A stretch of 64,000 nt of DNA from Hyalangium minutum (lineage in GTDB: Bacteria > Myxococcota > Myxococcia > Myxococcales > Myxococcaceae), in contig NZ_JMCB01000017.1 of NCBI RefSeq assembly GCF_000737315.1, positions 1 to 64,000 on the forward strand, given 5' to 3'. This document shows positions 8,253 through 20,787 of this stretch, piece after piece. Numbering within the stretch: the first letter of the stretch is position 1; every line of letters begins with the position of its first letter. The translations under genes were made by a program, and so were the position numbers. Below the pieces are notes generated by a model. It was given only the letters and a program-made list of their open reading frames with translations, was not told the origin of the DNA and searched no databases.

Positions 8253-9437
8253 TTAGAACGCCTCGCGGAGCATCATGAGCAGGTCCGCCTCGGCGCACTT
8301 GCGCGGGTTGGTCAGGTGCGAGGCATCCTCGAAGGCCTTGGCGGCGATGCGCGGCAGGTCCTTCTCCTGGACGTTCGCGTCCCGGAGCCGGGCCGGAATG
8401 CCGATGGCCGCGTTCAGCTTGCGCACCCGCTCGATGGCGTGGCCGGCGAGCACGTCCTCACGCATGTTGAAGAACTCGCCCAGCGCCACCGCCACGCGGG
8501 CCAGCCGGGCCGTCGTCATCGGGCGGTTGAACTCCATCACCACGGGCAGGACGATGGCGTTCGCCAGACCGTGGTGCACGCCGGAGATCGGCGTCAGCGC
8601 GTGCGCCAGCGCGTGGCAGGCCCCGAGGCCCTTCTGGAAGGCCATGGCGCCCTCCATCGCGGCGACCATCATGTCCGCGCGAGCCGAGACATTGCTGCCC
8701 TCTTTCACCGCCGTCACCAGCGAGCGCCCCACGCGGGCAATGCCGTCGATGGCCACCGCGTCCGCCAGCGGGTGGACGCCGCTGGCGATGTACGCCTCCA
8801 GGCAGTGTGTGAAGGCGTCCATGCCGGTGGCGGCCGTCACTCCCGGCGGCAGCCCCAGCGTCAGCTCTGGATCGCAGATGGCCGCCTTGGGCAGCAGGTG
8901 CGGGCTGAAGATGACCGTCTTGCGGCCGGTGTCCTCCAGCGTCGCCACGCCCGAGCGGCTCACCTCCGAGCCCGTCCCCGCCGTGGTGGGAATCGCGATG
9001 AGCGGCGGCAGGTCGTCACGCACGTACTGGTCGCCCCCCTTGGCATCGTCGTAGCGGGACAGCGGCGGCTCGTGCGTGGTGAGCAGTTGCACCAGCTTCG
9101 CCGCGTCCAGCGGGCTCCCGCCCCCGAGCGCCACGATGCCGTCACAGTCACCGCGCCGGTAGGCCTCCAGCCCCGCGAAGACGTCCTTCTCCGTGGGGTT
9201 GGGCTCCACGCGGTCGAACACCGCGAAGTCCACACCGGCGTTCTTCAGCTCGTCGAAGACGCGCTGGGCGAGCCCGGCCTTCACCACGCCCGCGTCCGTC
9301 ACCACCAACGGGCGCTTCATCTTCAGGCGGGCCACCTGCGCGGGCAGGCGCTTCAGGGCGCCCACCCCGAAGACGATCTTCGTGGGCCAGGACATCTCGG
9401 TGACACGGACATCGTGCGGCATATCGAAGGGCTGCAT
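8253..9437 (-). CDS. iron-containing alcohol dehydrogenase
   Basis: GGGSPLD, IPTTAGTGSE, DAFTHCLE, HALAH and HHGLANA metal ligands. Confidence 0.92.
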   Translation of the reverse strand: MQPFDMPHDVRVTEMSWPTKIVFGVGALKRLPAQVARLKMKRPLVVTDAGVVKAGLAQRVFDELKNAGVDFAVFDRVEPNPTEKDVFAGLEAYRRGDCDGIVALGGGSPLDAAKLVQLLTTHEPPLSRYDDAKGGDQYVRDDLPPLIAIPTTAGTGSEVSRSGVATLEDTGRKTVIFSPHLLPKAAICDPELTLGLPPGVTAATGMDAFTHCLEAYIASGVHPLADAVAIDGIARVGRSLVTAVKEGSNVSARADMMVAAMEGAMAFQKGLGACHALAHALTPISGVHHGLANAIVLPVVMEFNRPMTTARLARVAVALGEFFNMREDVLAGHAIERVRKLNAAIGIPARLRDANVQEKDLPRIAAKAFEDASHLTNPRKCAEADLLMMLREAF

Positions 9438-9447
9438 GTCGACCCTC

Positions 9448-10905
9448 TCAGATGAGTTCCAAGTAGCGTTCGAGCTCCCAGTTCGTCACGGCGCGCTCGT
9501 ACTGTCGCACCTCCCACTTCCGAGTGCGAACGTAGTGGTCCACGAAATCGTCGCCGAGCAACTCCCGGGCCCGCTCGGAGCGCTCCAGGAGGGTGACGGC
9601 CTCCTTCAGGTTGCGCGGCAGGGGCCGCGCGTTGGCCTCATAGCCGTTGCCCGAGCACATGGGCGGCGGCTCCACCTCGTTTTGAATGCCCCACAGGCCC
9701 GCGGCGAGGCTCACCGCCATGCCGACGTATGCGTTCATGTCCGCGCCGAGCTGCCGGTACTCCAGCCGCATGGACTTGGGGCTGTCGCCGATGACGCGGA
9801 TGGCGGTGGTGCGGTTCTCCCGGCCCCAAGTGGCGGTGGTGGGCGCCCACGTGTTCTCCACGCTGCGCTTGTAGCTGTTCACCGTGGGCCAGTAGAGCGC
9901 CGTCAGCTCCGGCATCAGCTCCACCTGCCCACCGAGGTAGTGCCGCATCGTCTCGCTGATGCCGTCCGGCGAGTCCTCGTCATGGAACAGGTTCGTCCCA
10001 CCCTTGAGGTTCCACAGTGACTGGTGCACGTGTCCCGAGCACCCCGGCAGTTTCGCGTTCACCTTCGCCATGAAGCACGCGGTGAGGCCGTGTCGGGCGC
10101 AGATCTCCTTCGCCACCGTCTTGAAGAGCACCGCCTTGTCCGCGGCCTTCTCCACCTCGTCGTAGCGGATGGCGGCCTCGAAGACACCGGGGCCTGTCTC
10201 CGTGTGGAAACCCTCGATGTCCACCCCGAAGCCGTTACACCCGTCGATAAGGGCGTGCACCAGCGGCGAGTTCAGTGACGTGCGCAGCCACGAGTAGCCG
10301 AACATGCCCGGTGTCAGCGGTGTGAGCCCCTGGAACCCCTTCTCGTGCAGCGAGTGCGGCGTCTCCTTGAAGATGTAGAACTCGTACTCAGCACCGAACT
10401 TGGGCAGGTAGCCCAGATCCCTCGCACGGCGGGCGATCTTCTGCAGCAGCTGGCGCGGGCTCGGGCCGAACGGCGTGCCGTCCGCGTTCACGAAGTCCAG
10501 CAGGAACGCGGCGGTGTCCGGCTCCCACGGGATGATGCGGCCGGTGGACACGTCCACGCGCGCCTGCGCGTCCGGGTAGCCCGTGTGCCAGCCCGTCACC
10601 TGCGTGTTGTCGAGCAGCTCGTCGGCCAGGTCCCAGCCGAAGACGACGTCACAGAAACCCAGCCCGCCCTTCACGGCAGAGAAGAACTTGTCCGTGGAGA
10701 TGTACTTGCCGCGCCAGACGCCATCGAGGTCCACCGCGCCCACCTTCACCTTGCGGACGCCCTTCTCCTCGAACCACTTGCGCAGGAAGTCCACGCCGCC
10801 AGGCTCACGCATCAGCGCGTCGACGGTCTCGCCCTTGTCCTTCGCGCGGGCGCGCCGCGCCATCACCGGGTGAGAGATGACCTTCGCCTTCGACCGAGTC
10901 CCCAT
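9448..10905 (-). CDS. glutamine synthetase-like gamma-glutamyl:amine ligase (PuuA/GlnA3-4 type)
   Basis: DLDGVWRGK, EYEF, HTETGPGVFE, GCSGHVHQSLW, RLEYR. ATG 10905 overlaps the ALDH stop (TGATG). Confidence 0.85.
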   Translation of the reverse strand: MGTRSKAKVISHPVMARRARAKDKGETVDALMREPGGVDFLRKWFEEKGVRKVKVGAVDLDGVWRGKYISTDKFFSAVKGGLGFCDVVFGWDLADELLDNTQVTGWHTGYPDAQARVDVSTGRIIPWEPDTAAFLLDFVNADGTPFGPSPRQLLQKIARRARDLGYLPKFGAEYEFYIFKETPHSLHEKGFQGLTPLTPGMFGYSWLRTSLNSPLVHALIDGCNGFGVDIEGFHTETGPGVFEAAIRYDEVEKAADKAVLFKTVAKEICARHGLTACFMAKVNAKLPGCSGHVHQSLWNLKGGTNLFHDEDSPDGISETMRHYLGGQVELMPELTALYWPTVNSYKRSVENTWAPTTATWGRENRTTAIRVIGDSPKSMRLEYRQLGADMNAYVGMAVSLAAGLWGIQNEVEPPPMCSGNGYEANARPLPRNLKEAVTLLERSERARELLGDDFVDHYVRTRKWEVRQYERAVTNWELERYLELI

Positions 10906-12395
10906 CACACGCCCTCCGGAAGCTTCGTCCACACGGCCTTGTACTGGAGGTAGCCCTCCAGCGCGTGGTGGGACAGGTCCCGGCCCCAACCGGACTCCTT
11001 GTACCCACCGAACGGCGCCGCGTTGTCGAACTCGTTGAAGCAGTTGATCCACACCACGCCGCTCTTCACCTTGCGCGCCATCGCGTGCGCCTTGGCCACG
11101 TCGCGCGTCCAGATGGACGCCGCCAGTCCGTAGGTGGTGCTGTTGGCGATCTCGAGCGCATGCGCCTCGTCGCGGAAGCGGAGGCAGCTCAGCACCGGGC
11201 CGAAGATCTCCTCCTGGGCGATCTTCATCTCCGGCTTCACGTCCCCGAAGATGGTCGGCTTGACGAAGTAGCCCTTGGCCTTGACGCCCTGCGTGTCGCG
11301 CTCGCCGCCAGTCAGCAGCTTCGCGCCCTGCTTCCTGCCGCTCTCGATGTAGCTCAGGATGGTGTCGAGCTGGCGCGCGCTGATCTGCGAGCCCATCTCC
11401 GTCTCGGGATCCAGCGGATCGCCCACCTTCATCTTCTGGGCGCGCTCGACGAGCCGGCCAACGAAGGCGTCATAGGCCTTCTCGTGGACGAGCACGCGGC
11501 TGCCCGCGTTGCAGATCTCCCCCTTGTTGCCGAAGATGCCCCAGAAGCACGCCTCGGTGGCCGTGTCGAAGTCTGCATCCGGGAGGATGATCTGCGGGCT
11601 CTTGCCGCCCAGCTCCAACGTCAGCTTCTTGAGGTTGCTGCCCGCCGAGGCCTGCAGCAGCCGGCGCGCCGTGCGCCCCGAGCCAGTGAAGGAAATCTTG
11701 TCCACGTCCGGGTGCCGAGCCAGGGCCTCTCCCGTGGGGTCGCCATAGCCCGTCACCACGTTGAGCACGCCGGGCGGGAAGCCCGCCTCCAGGGCGAGCG
11801 TTCCCAGCTTGAGCGCGGTGAGCGGTGTGAGCTCCGAGGGCTTCACCACCACGGTGCAGCCCGCCGCGAGCGCCGGGCCCAGCTTCCAGCACAGCAGGCA
11901 CGTGGGGTAGTTCCACGGAACGATGGCGGCCACCACGCCCACTGGCTCCTTGAGGCAGTAGGTGAGGAAGGGTCCGTCTACCGGGAGCACCTCGCCGGTG
12001 ATCTTGTTCGCCCAGTCGGAGAAGTAGGCCAGCGTGCCAGCGCCCGGGCCGACATCGCCGCGGATGGCCTCGCGGAACGTCTTGCCGTTGTTCATCGACT
12101 CGACGAGGGCAAACTCCTCGCGCCGTTCCCACAACAGCTCCGAGAGCTTGCGGATGAGCTTGCCGCGCTCGCTCGGGTTCATCTTGCTCCAGGGGCCGGA
12201 CTCGAAGGCGCGGCGCGCGGCCTTCACCGCCTTGTCCACGTCCGCCCCATTGGCCGAGGGCACGTCGCAGATCTTCTGCCCGGTGGCAGGGTTCACCACT
12301 GGAAGGGTGCCTCCTTCCACGGGGTCCACAGGCTGGCCATCGATGACCAGCTTGGGAGCAGGCAGTTGAGGAGCGAGCGTGCGAGCGTCGGTCAT
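10905..12395 (-). CDS. NAD-dependent aldehyde dehydrogenase (PuuC/BADH-like)
   Basis: IVPWNYP, FTGS, LELGGKSP, catalytic Cys in GEICNAG, EEIFGPV, PFGGYKESG. Confidence 0.93.
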   Translation of the reverse strand: MTDARTLAPQLPAPKLVIDGQPVDPVEGGTLPVVNPATGQKICDVPSANGADVDKAVKAARRAFESGPWSKMNPSERGKLIRKLSELLWERREEFALVESMNNGKTFREAIRGDVGPGAGTLAYFSDWANKITGEVLPVDGPFLTYCLKEPVGVVAAIVPWNYPTCLLCWKLGPALAAGCTVVVKPSELTPLTALKLGTLALEAGFPPGVLNVVTGYGDPTGEALARHPDVDKISFTGSGRTARRLLQASAGSNLKKLTLELGGKSPQIILPDADFDTATEACFWGIFGNKGEICNAGSRVLVHEKAYDAFVGRLVERAQKMKVGDPLDPETEMGSQISARQLDTILSYIESGRKQGAKLLTGGERDTQGVKAKGYFVKPTIFGDVKPEMKIAQEEIFGPVLSCLRFRDEAHALEIANSTTYGLAASIWTRDVAKAHAMARKVKSGVVWINCFNEFDNAAPFGGYKESGWGRDLSHHALEGYLQYKAVWTKLPEGV

Positions 12396-12475
12396 GGAGA
12401 CTCCTGGAGAAGACCCGAGCGACGAACGGTAGGGATGGCTCCCAGAGGCGGCAACCCGGCAGGGAGAGACGTGAG

Positions 12476-13213
12476 ATGAAGAACGTTCTGTTGCTGAAAG
12501 CGGGAGAGGCTGCGGCCTCGGTGCGTCTCTCGGTGGGCGACTATGACCGGTGGTTTCTCCAGACCGTGGGACTGTCCGGTTATCGATTCGACATCCTCCC
12601 TGTGCATCAAGGCGCGCAGCCGCCCGCGGAGGGGAACGGCTATGACGCGGTGATGATGACGGGCTCGCCCGCGTCAGTGACCCAGCTGGAGCCCTGGATG
12701 GAGCGCGCGGCGGAGTTCATGGTGAACGCGGCGGAGCGAGGCATCCCCGTGCTCGGCGTGTGCTTCGGCCACCAGCTCCTGGCGCATGCCTACGGAGGAC
12801 GCGTGGCGCGCAGCCCGCTCGGGCGGGAGATCGGCACGGTGGAGGTGGACCTGACCGAGGCGGGCCGCGCGGATCCGCTCTTCCGAGGGCTGGGGCCGCG
12901 CCTCTCCGTGCAGACCACGCACGAGGACATGGTGGCCGAGACCCCTCAGGGGACAGTGGTGCTCGCGGGCAACGGCCACACCGCGGTCCAGGCCTTGGCT
13001 TTCCGGCCGTGCTCCCGAGGCGTCCAGTTCCACCCCGAGGTGCAGGCGGACGCGATGCGGGCGCTCATCCAAGCCCGAGCCGAGAAGCTCGAGGCGGAGG
13101 CCACCTCGCGCGGCCTCATCCCGGGAGAGCGCGTGCCACGGCTGCTGGCGGGCATCGCTCCGACTCCCTCCGGCCGGCAGATCCTGGTCAACTTCCTGGA
13201 GCACTTCACCTGA
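12476..13213 (+). CDS. class I glutamine amidotransferase-like hydrolase (candidate gamma-glutamyl-amide hydrolase)
   Basis: GVCFGHQ nucleophile Cys, QFHPE His-Glu; divergent from the ligase operon. Confidence 0.85.
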   Translation: MKNVLLLKAGEAAASVRLSVGDYDRWFLQTVGLSGYRFDILPVHQGAQPPAEGNGYDAVMMTGSPASVTQLEPWMERAAEFMVNAAERGIPVLGVCFGHQLLAHAYGGRVARSPLGREIGTVEVDLTEAGRADPLFRGLGPRLSVQTTHEDMVAETPQGTVVLAGNGHTAVQALAFRPCSRGVQFHPEVQADAMRALIQARAEKLEAEATSRGLIPGERVPRLLAGIAPTPSGRQILVNFLEHFT

Positions 13214-13225
13214 TACGAGGCCCCC

Positions 13226-13684
13226 GTGAACCGCGCCCTGCTGCTCGCACCGCTCTTCCTGCTGCTCTCCTGCTCCGACCGGGACTACTGCGCCGAGGCT
13301 CCCAGCTGCGACAAGGACCAGGCCATCAACTGTGAGCCCTCCTGCACGGTGGGGCCCTGCTCCACGGGGCCGCACCTGCTGGAGTGCGGCGACTCCGCGA
13401 CCTGCACCGTGGTGGTGGGGGACACCAGCTCTCCGCGCTTCTTCCGCTCGCGGGCGCTCTGCGTGGAGGATGGCTCGGCGTCGTGCGATCCCTCCACGGC
13501 GGGCGCGCCGGTGTGTGACGGACAGGGCCTCATCACCGGCTGCAGCGGCTACAACCGCGTCATCCGCGCTCCGTGCGGACAGGCGGCGCTCTACTTCACG
13601 AGCTCGGCGTGCTGCCGGAACACGAGCCCGCCCGACGGTGGCACGGATGGCGGTACGGGCGGCTCCACGGACGGTGGACGCTGA
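13226..13684 (+). CDS. Cys-rich lipoprotein, unknown function
   Basis: Lipobox LLSC, 14 further Cys, DGG-repeat tail. Confidence 0.7.
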   Translation: MNRALLLAPLFLLLSCSDRDYCAEAPSCDKDQAINCEPSCTVGPCSTGPHLLECGDSATCTVVVGDTSSPRFFRSRALCVEDGSASCDPSTAGAPVCDGQGLITGCSGYNRVIRAPCGQAALYFTSSACCRNTSPPDGGTDGGTGGSTDGGR

Positions 13685-13698
13685 GCTAGGGTGCACGC

Positions 13699-14169
13699 AT
13701 GCCTTCGCGCTGGGACTACCTCCTCGAAACCAAGCCTGTTCCCATCCTGGACCAGCTCCTGGAGGAAGTATCGAAGCTGCTGGCGAAGGATCTCGCGCAG
13801 TGGCCTCCGCCGGTGGAGGAGCTCGACCTGGACGTCGGCGGCACGTTCGCGCCGCTCTTCCTGGAGCGCCCGCCGCGCCCCTCCGCCCACGTCTATGGCG
13901 AGGCGCTCCGGCTGTCGCACTGGGAGCTGGAGCGCGAGTTCGAAGCCTACGACGACTACATGCGCAACAAGCGCTACCTGGAGCGAGGGCTGGCGCCCAC
14001 GGACCGGCTGGCGCTGCTCTTCCTCAACCGCTGGCTGGTGGAGCAGATGCTGGGCCTGGGCGAGGCCACCGAGAGCCGCATCAAGCGCACGCACATGCGG
14101 CAGATCCTCGACAAGGTGGAGGCGCGGCTGCGCCTGGTTCAGTCGCCTCCCTCCGGACTCATCCTCTGA
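13699..14169 (+). CDS. hypothetical protein
   Basis: Strong GC3 bias, fills the gap between same-strand genes, no family recognised. Confidence 0.7.
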   Translation: MPSRWDYLLETKPVPILDQLLEEVSKLLAKDLAQWPPPVEELDLDVGGTFAPLFLERPPRPSAHVYGEALRLSHWELEREFEAYDDYMRNKRYLERGLAPTDRLALLFLNRWLVEQMLGLGEATESRIKRTHMRQILDKVEARLRLVQSPPSGLIL

Positions 14170-14289
14170 GCCGCGCCAGGCTCCTGCATCAACTGGTAGG
14201 GGTCCCAACCACCGGGCTCTACCTCCCACGGCCCACCCACCGGGTGAAGCCTTGTCCCCGGGCTGAAACCTCTGCCATAAGCCGCGCCC

Positions 14290-15459
14290 ATGCAGCCGCC
14301 CCCTGAAGCCTTCGAACGGACCGAGCGCCGCAAGCGGCTCATCATCCTCGCCTGCCTGTGGGGGACCATTCTCGCGGTCCTCTTGCTCTTCCGCTCGGTG
14401 GTCATGCCCTTCGCGGGAGCGGCGCTTATCGCCTACCTGGTGCAGCCGCTGGTGGCGCGCATTACCCGGCTCCGGGTCGCGGGCCGGGCCATTCCCCACT
14501 GGGTGGCCATCCTGCTCATCTATGCGCTCTTCTTCGTGGGCGTGTACCTGTTCTTCATCGCGCTGGTGCCGCAGCTCTACCGGGAGCTGGCGCGCATCAG
14601 CCGGGACGGCGTGGCCTTCGTCAACTCGCTCACGCCGGACTACCTCCAGAAGAGCGCCCAGCGCCTGGAGGAGTGGCTCGGCGCCTATGGAATCCCCGTG
14701 GCGCTCTCCAACCGGGGCGTGGAGGGCGAAGACGCGGTGCCTGCCTTCAGCTTCGCGGTGGATCTGGCGCAGCTGCTCAAGGACTCGGTGGCGCGGCTCT
14801 CCGTGCTGGTGCGCGAGAACCTGGGCAACATCGTCGGCGTCTCGCGCAGCATCATCGCCGGGGTGCTGGCGACCATCTTCGGCTTGTTCTTCATGCTGAT
14901 GGTGGCGGCGTTCTTCTCCATCGACGCAGTGGCCATCCGCCGCTACTTCGGCACGCTCATCCCTCCCGAGTACGCCAACGACGCGCGCACGCTGCTGCAT
15001 CGCATCGACCGCTCCCTGTCCGGCGTGGTGCGCGGACAGGTGACGATCTGCGTGGTGAACGGCGCGCTGACCGCGATTGGCCTGCTGGTGTTCGGGGTGA
15101 AGTTCGCCTTCCTGCTGGCCACCATCGCCACGTTCTTCAGCCTGATCCCCATCTTCGGCACCATCATCAGCTCGGTGCCCATCGTCCTCATCGCCATGGC
15201 GGACGGGTTCCAGAAGGGACTGGCCATCCTGGTGTGGATCATCGGCATCCACGCGCTGGAGGCATACTTCCTCAACCCGAAGATCATGGGTCAGGCGGCG
15301 CGCATCCACCCGGTCATCGTGGCCTTCAGCCTGATTGCCGGCGAGCGCCTCTACGGGCTGGTGGGCGCGCTGTTCGCGGTGCCCATCGCGGCGATGTTCG
15401 TGGCGTGCTTCGACTTCGCGCGCATCAAGGCCCAGCCCGCTCCGCCTCCGGCGCCCTGA
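14290..15459 (+). CDS. AI-2E (PerM/TqsA) family transporter
   Basis: AYLVQPLV, GQVTIC, LIPIFG, LNPKIMG...IHPV...G..LYG.VGALFAVP. Confidence 0.88.
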   Translation: MQPPPEAFERTERRKRLIILACLWGTILAVLLLFRSVVMPFAGAALIAYLVQPLVARITRLRVAGRAIPHWVAILLIYALFFVGVYLFFIALVPQLYRELARISRDGVAFVNSLTPDYLQKSAQRLEEWLGAYGIPVALSNRGVEGEDAVPAFSFAVDLAQLLKDSVARLSVLVRENLGNIVGVSRSIIAGVLATIFGLFFMLMVAAFFSIDAVAIRRYFGTLIPPEYANDARTLLHRIDRSLSGVVRGQVTICVVNGALTAIGLLVFGVKFAFLLATIATFFSLIPIFGTIISSVPIVLIAMADGFQKGLAILVWIIGIHALEAYFLNPKIMGQAARIHPVIVAFSLIAGERLYGLVGALFAVPIAAMFVACFDFARIKAQPAPPPAP

Positions 15460-15465
15460 AGCGCC

Positions 15466-15777
15466 TCACTGGCAGGCAGAGGCGCAGCGCGAGTCCCGGC
15501 ACACGGCGATGCAGCGCCCACAGTCAATCGTGTTGGGCGCGCAGGTGCCATCACAGCGCACACCCACGCAGCTCGGGGCCTCCGAGACGTGCGTGGGGTT
15601 GGTGGCCTCGCCGCAGCACCCGTTGGGAGCGCAGTCGCTGTCCCGGTAGCACGTCGTATCGGAGAGCCCCAGGGGGTTCTCCAAATCGGCCACATCAATG
15701 GGCTCGCACCCGGCCCCGAGTCCGAGAACGGCCCCCAGCAGGAAGACCACCAGGGGACCACGTCGGGTGCGGCGCAT
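15466..15777 (-). CDS. small Cys-rich lipoprotein
   Basis: Lipobox GAGC, 12 further Cys in about 80 aa; starts 10 nt after the rho stop. Confidence 0.7.
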   Translation of the reverse strand: MRRTRRGPLVVFLLGAVLGLGAGCEPIDVADLENPLGLSDTTCYRDSDCAPNGCCGEATNPTHVSEAPSCVGVRCDGTCAPNTIDCGRCIAVCRDSRCASACQ

Positions 15778-15787
15778 AGAGCTCCTC

Positions 15788-17401
15788 CTATCGGTTCATG
15801 GACCCCAGGAAGTCGACGTTCGACGGCGTGGGGCGCATGTGCTTGAGCACGAACTCCATCGCGTCGATCGGCGTGAACGGATGGAGCACCTGCCGAAGCG
15901 CAGTGATGCGGATGAGGTCCGTCTGCGACAAGAGCAGCTCCTCCTTGCGGGTACCGGACTTGTTGATGTCCAGACACGGGAAGATGCGCTTTTCGAAGAG
16001 CTTGCGGTCCAGGACGATTTCCGAGTTACCGGTGCCCTTGAACTCTTCGAAGATCACTTCATCCATGCGGCTGCCGGTGTCGATGAGCGCCGTGCCGATG
16101 ATGGTGAGGCTGCCACCCTCCTCGATGTTGCGGGCGGCACCGAAGAAGCGCTTGGGCTTGTGGAGCGCGTTGGCGTCCACACCGCCGGAGAGGATCTTTC
16201 CGGAGGCGGGCACCACGGTGTTGTAGGCGCGCGCCAGGCGGGTGATGGAGTCCAGGAGGATGCAGACGTCGTACTTCTGCTCGACCAGGCGCTTGGCCTT
16301 GTCGATGACCATCTCCGCCACCTGCACGTGGCGCGTGGCGGGCTCGTCGAAGGTGGAGGAGACCACCTCGCCGCGCACGCTGCGCTCCATGTCCGTCACT
16401 TCCTCGGGGCGCTCGTCCACGAGCAGCACCATGAGGTAGACGTCCGGGTGGTTCTTGGCGATGGCGTGCGCGATGTTCTGCAGCAGCACCGTCTTACCGG
16501 CCTTCGGCGGAGCGACGATGAGGCAGCGCTGGCCCAGGCCGATGGGGCAGAACATGTCGATGATGCGGGTCGTCATCTCCGACCCCTCGTGCTCCAGCTT
16601 CAGCTTGCGCGTGGGGTAGAGCGGCGTGAGGTTGTCGAAGAGGATGCGCTCGCGGGCCGCCTCGGAGAGCGGATCCACGAAGTTGACCCGGTCCACCTTC
16701 TGCAGCGCGAAGAAGCGCTCGCCCTCGCGGGGCTGGCGGATGGGGCCAGTGATGGTGTCGCCGGGCCGCAGGTTGAAGCGGCGCACCTGCGACGGAGAGA
16801 CGTAGATGTCGTCCGGGCTCGGCTGGTAGTCGCTGTCGGAGCTGCGCAGGAAGCCGAAGCCATCGCTCAGCAGCTCCAGCACGCCCTCGGCGTGGACCTC
16901 GAAGCGCTTGTCGGCGATGCCCGACAGCAGCGCGAAGATCAGGTCCTGCTTCTTCAGGCCCTGGTAACCCTCGATGTTGAAGTCGTGGGCCATCTTCGCC
17001 AGCTCGGTGATCTTCATCCGCTTCAGGTCATTGAGCTTGATGACCTGCATCGGAGCGCCATCGCGCGTCACCTCGGTGACAGAGGGCGTCTCCACGGGCT
17101 CGGGAGCGGCGACGGGGGCGGCGGCGGGCTCGGCGGCCTCGACAGCGCGGGCCTCCTGGAACTCCTCGTCGCGCACCGGACGCGGCATGGGCGTCAGCAC
17201 GGGGCGCGGAGTCTCGGCGGCCTGCTCCTCCACCTCGGGCTCGGGGGCCTCCTCCTCGCGGCGGGCGGCGGTCCGGCGGCGCGCGGGGCGCTCGGGCTCT
17301 TCCCGCTCCACGCTCTTCGCCGCGGTCTTGCGGCCGCGCTTGGGGCGCTCGTCGGTCAGATCTGTCTCAGCCTTCTCTTTGGTGGAACGTGCTTTGCGCA
17401 T
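15788..17401 (-). CDS. rho: transcription termination factor Rho with charged N-terminal extension
   Basis: [22 protein letters not shown], Walker [30 protein letters not shown]. Start inferred at ATG 17401. Confidence 0.97.
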   Translation of the reverse strand: MRKARSTKEKAETDLTDERPKRGRKTAAKSVEREEPERPARRRTAARREEEAPEPEVEEQAAETPRPVLTPMPRPVRDEEFQEARAVEAAEPAAAPVAAPEPVETPSVTEVTRDGAPMQVIKLNDLKRMKITELAKMAHDFNIEGYQGLKKQDLIFALLSGIADKRFEVHAEGVLELLSDGFGFLRSSDSDYQPSPDDIYVSPSQVRRFNLRPGDTITGPIRQPREGERFFALQKVDRVNFVDPLSEAARERILFDNLTPLYPTRKLKLEHEGSEMTTRIIDMFCPIGLGQRCLIVAPPKAGKTVLLQNIAHAIAKNHPDVYLMVLLVDERPEEVTDMERSVRGEVVSSTFDEPATRHVQVAEMVIDKAKRLVEQKYDVCILLDSITRLARAYNTVVPASGKILSGGVDANALHKPKRFFGAARNIEEGGSLTIIGTALIDTGSRMDEVIFEEFKGTGNSEIVLDRKLFEKRIFPCLDINKSGTRKEELLLSQTDLIRITALRQVLHPFTPIDAMEFVLKHMRPTPSNVDFLGSMNR

Positions 17402-17600
17402 GATGAGGGAATCGATGCTGTGGGATGCGCCCGAAGGCCCGAGCGCGTGGCGGTTGTCGGAAGATTTCGCGGGGTGCGAGAAAGCACCATCCGGGCGACA
17501 TTGACCGACCCGCCCGAGTCCGGGGAGGACGGTGGGAGAGTCGAAGGTTGCTTGGGAAGAAGGGCACCAGGGGAACCCTGACGCCTTGAAACCGCCGGGC

Positions 17601-20046
<2,446 letters not shown>

Positions 20047-20059
20047 GGAGGCCAGGACC

Positions 20060-20344
20060 ATGGGCACACGTCGGGTGAGCCTGCGCATCCGCGGCAAGGT
20101 GCAGGGCGTCTTCTTCCGCGAGAGCACCCGTCAGGAGGCCACCCGCTTGGGCCTCACCGGCTGGGTGCGCAACCGCGACGACGGCTCCGTGGAGGCCGTC
20201 GCCGAGGGCGAGCCCGCCGTGCTCGAAGAGTTCATCCGCTGGTGCCACCGGGGCCCCCAGGCCGCGCGCGTGACGGACGTCGAGCGCACGGACGTCGAGC
20301 CCACCGGTGAGTTCCGCACTTTCTCCGTGGAGCACTTCTCATGA
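20060..20344 (+). CDS. acyP: acylphosphatase
   Basis: [29 protein letters not shown]. Confidence 0.93.
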   Translation: MGTRRVSLRIRGKVQGVFFRESTRQEATRLGLTGWVRNRDDGSVEAVAEGEPAVLEEFIRWCHRGPQAARVTDVERTDVEPTGEFRTFSVEHFS

Positions 20345-20787
20345 CGCCGTACGCGATGGGCTCGTTACCCGCGATGCTGGGCATCAAGGCGGGCTCCAAA
20401 GTCTCCGTCATCAATCCCCCGCGCGGCTTCGTCCAGAAGCTCAACCCCCTGCCCGACGGCGTCGAGTTCCTCATCACCGCCCAGTCCGGCCTGGACGTCA
20501 TCCTGTTCTTCACCTCGGATGCCCACGAGCTCGTCCAGCGCCTGCCTGCCCTCTCGCGCGCCATGGCACTCACCGGGGGCATCTGGATCTGCTGGCCCAG
20601 CGGCGAGGGCATCAAGAGCTCTCTCTCCGAGGAGTTCGTCCGCCATGCCGCGCTCGACATCGGTCTGGTAGACAACAAGATCTGCCTCATCGACGAGACG
20701 TGGACCGGCCTGCGCCTGGTGCGCCGCCCCAGGGGCCGTATCGACAAGCCGGACCACCGCAAGCAAGCGCCTACTGCCCAGGCCTGA
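20341..20787 (+). CDS. DUF3052-like protein
   Basis: LGIKAG...IWICWP...[18 protein letters not shown]; ATGA overlap with acyP. Confidence 0.7.
   Translation: MTPYAMGSLPAMLGIKAGSKVSVINPPRGFVQKLNPLPDGVEFLITAQSGLDVILFFTSDAHELVQRLPALSRAMALTGGIWICWPSGEGIKSSLSEEFVRHAALDIGLVDNKICLIDETWTGLRLVRRPRGRIDKPDHRKQAPTAQA

Noticed and set aside
9448-10905. Housekeeping glutamine synthetase glnA
   Set aside because: Operon context with ALDH, ADH and amidotransferase and the divergent sequence favour a gamma-glutamyl ligase; not proven without an assay
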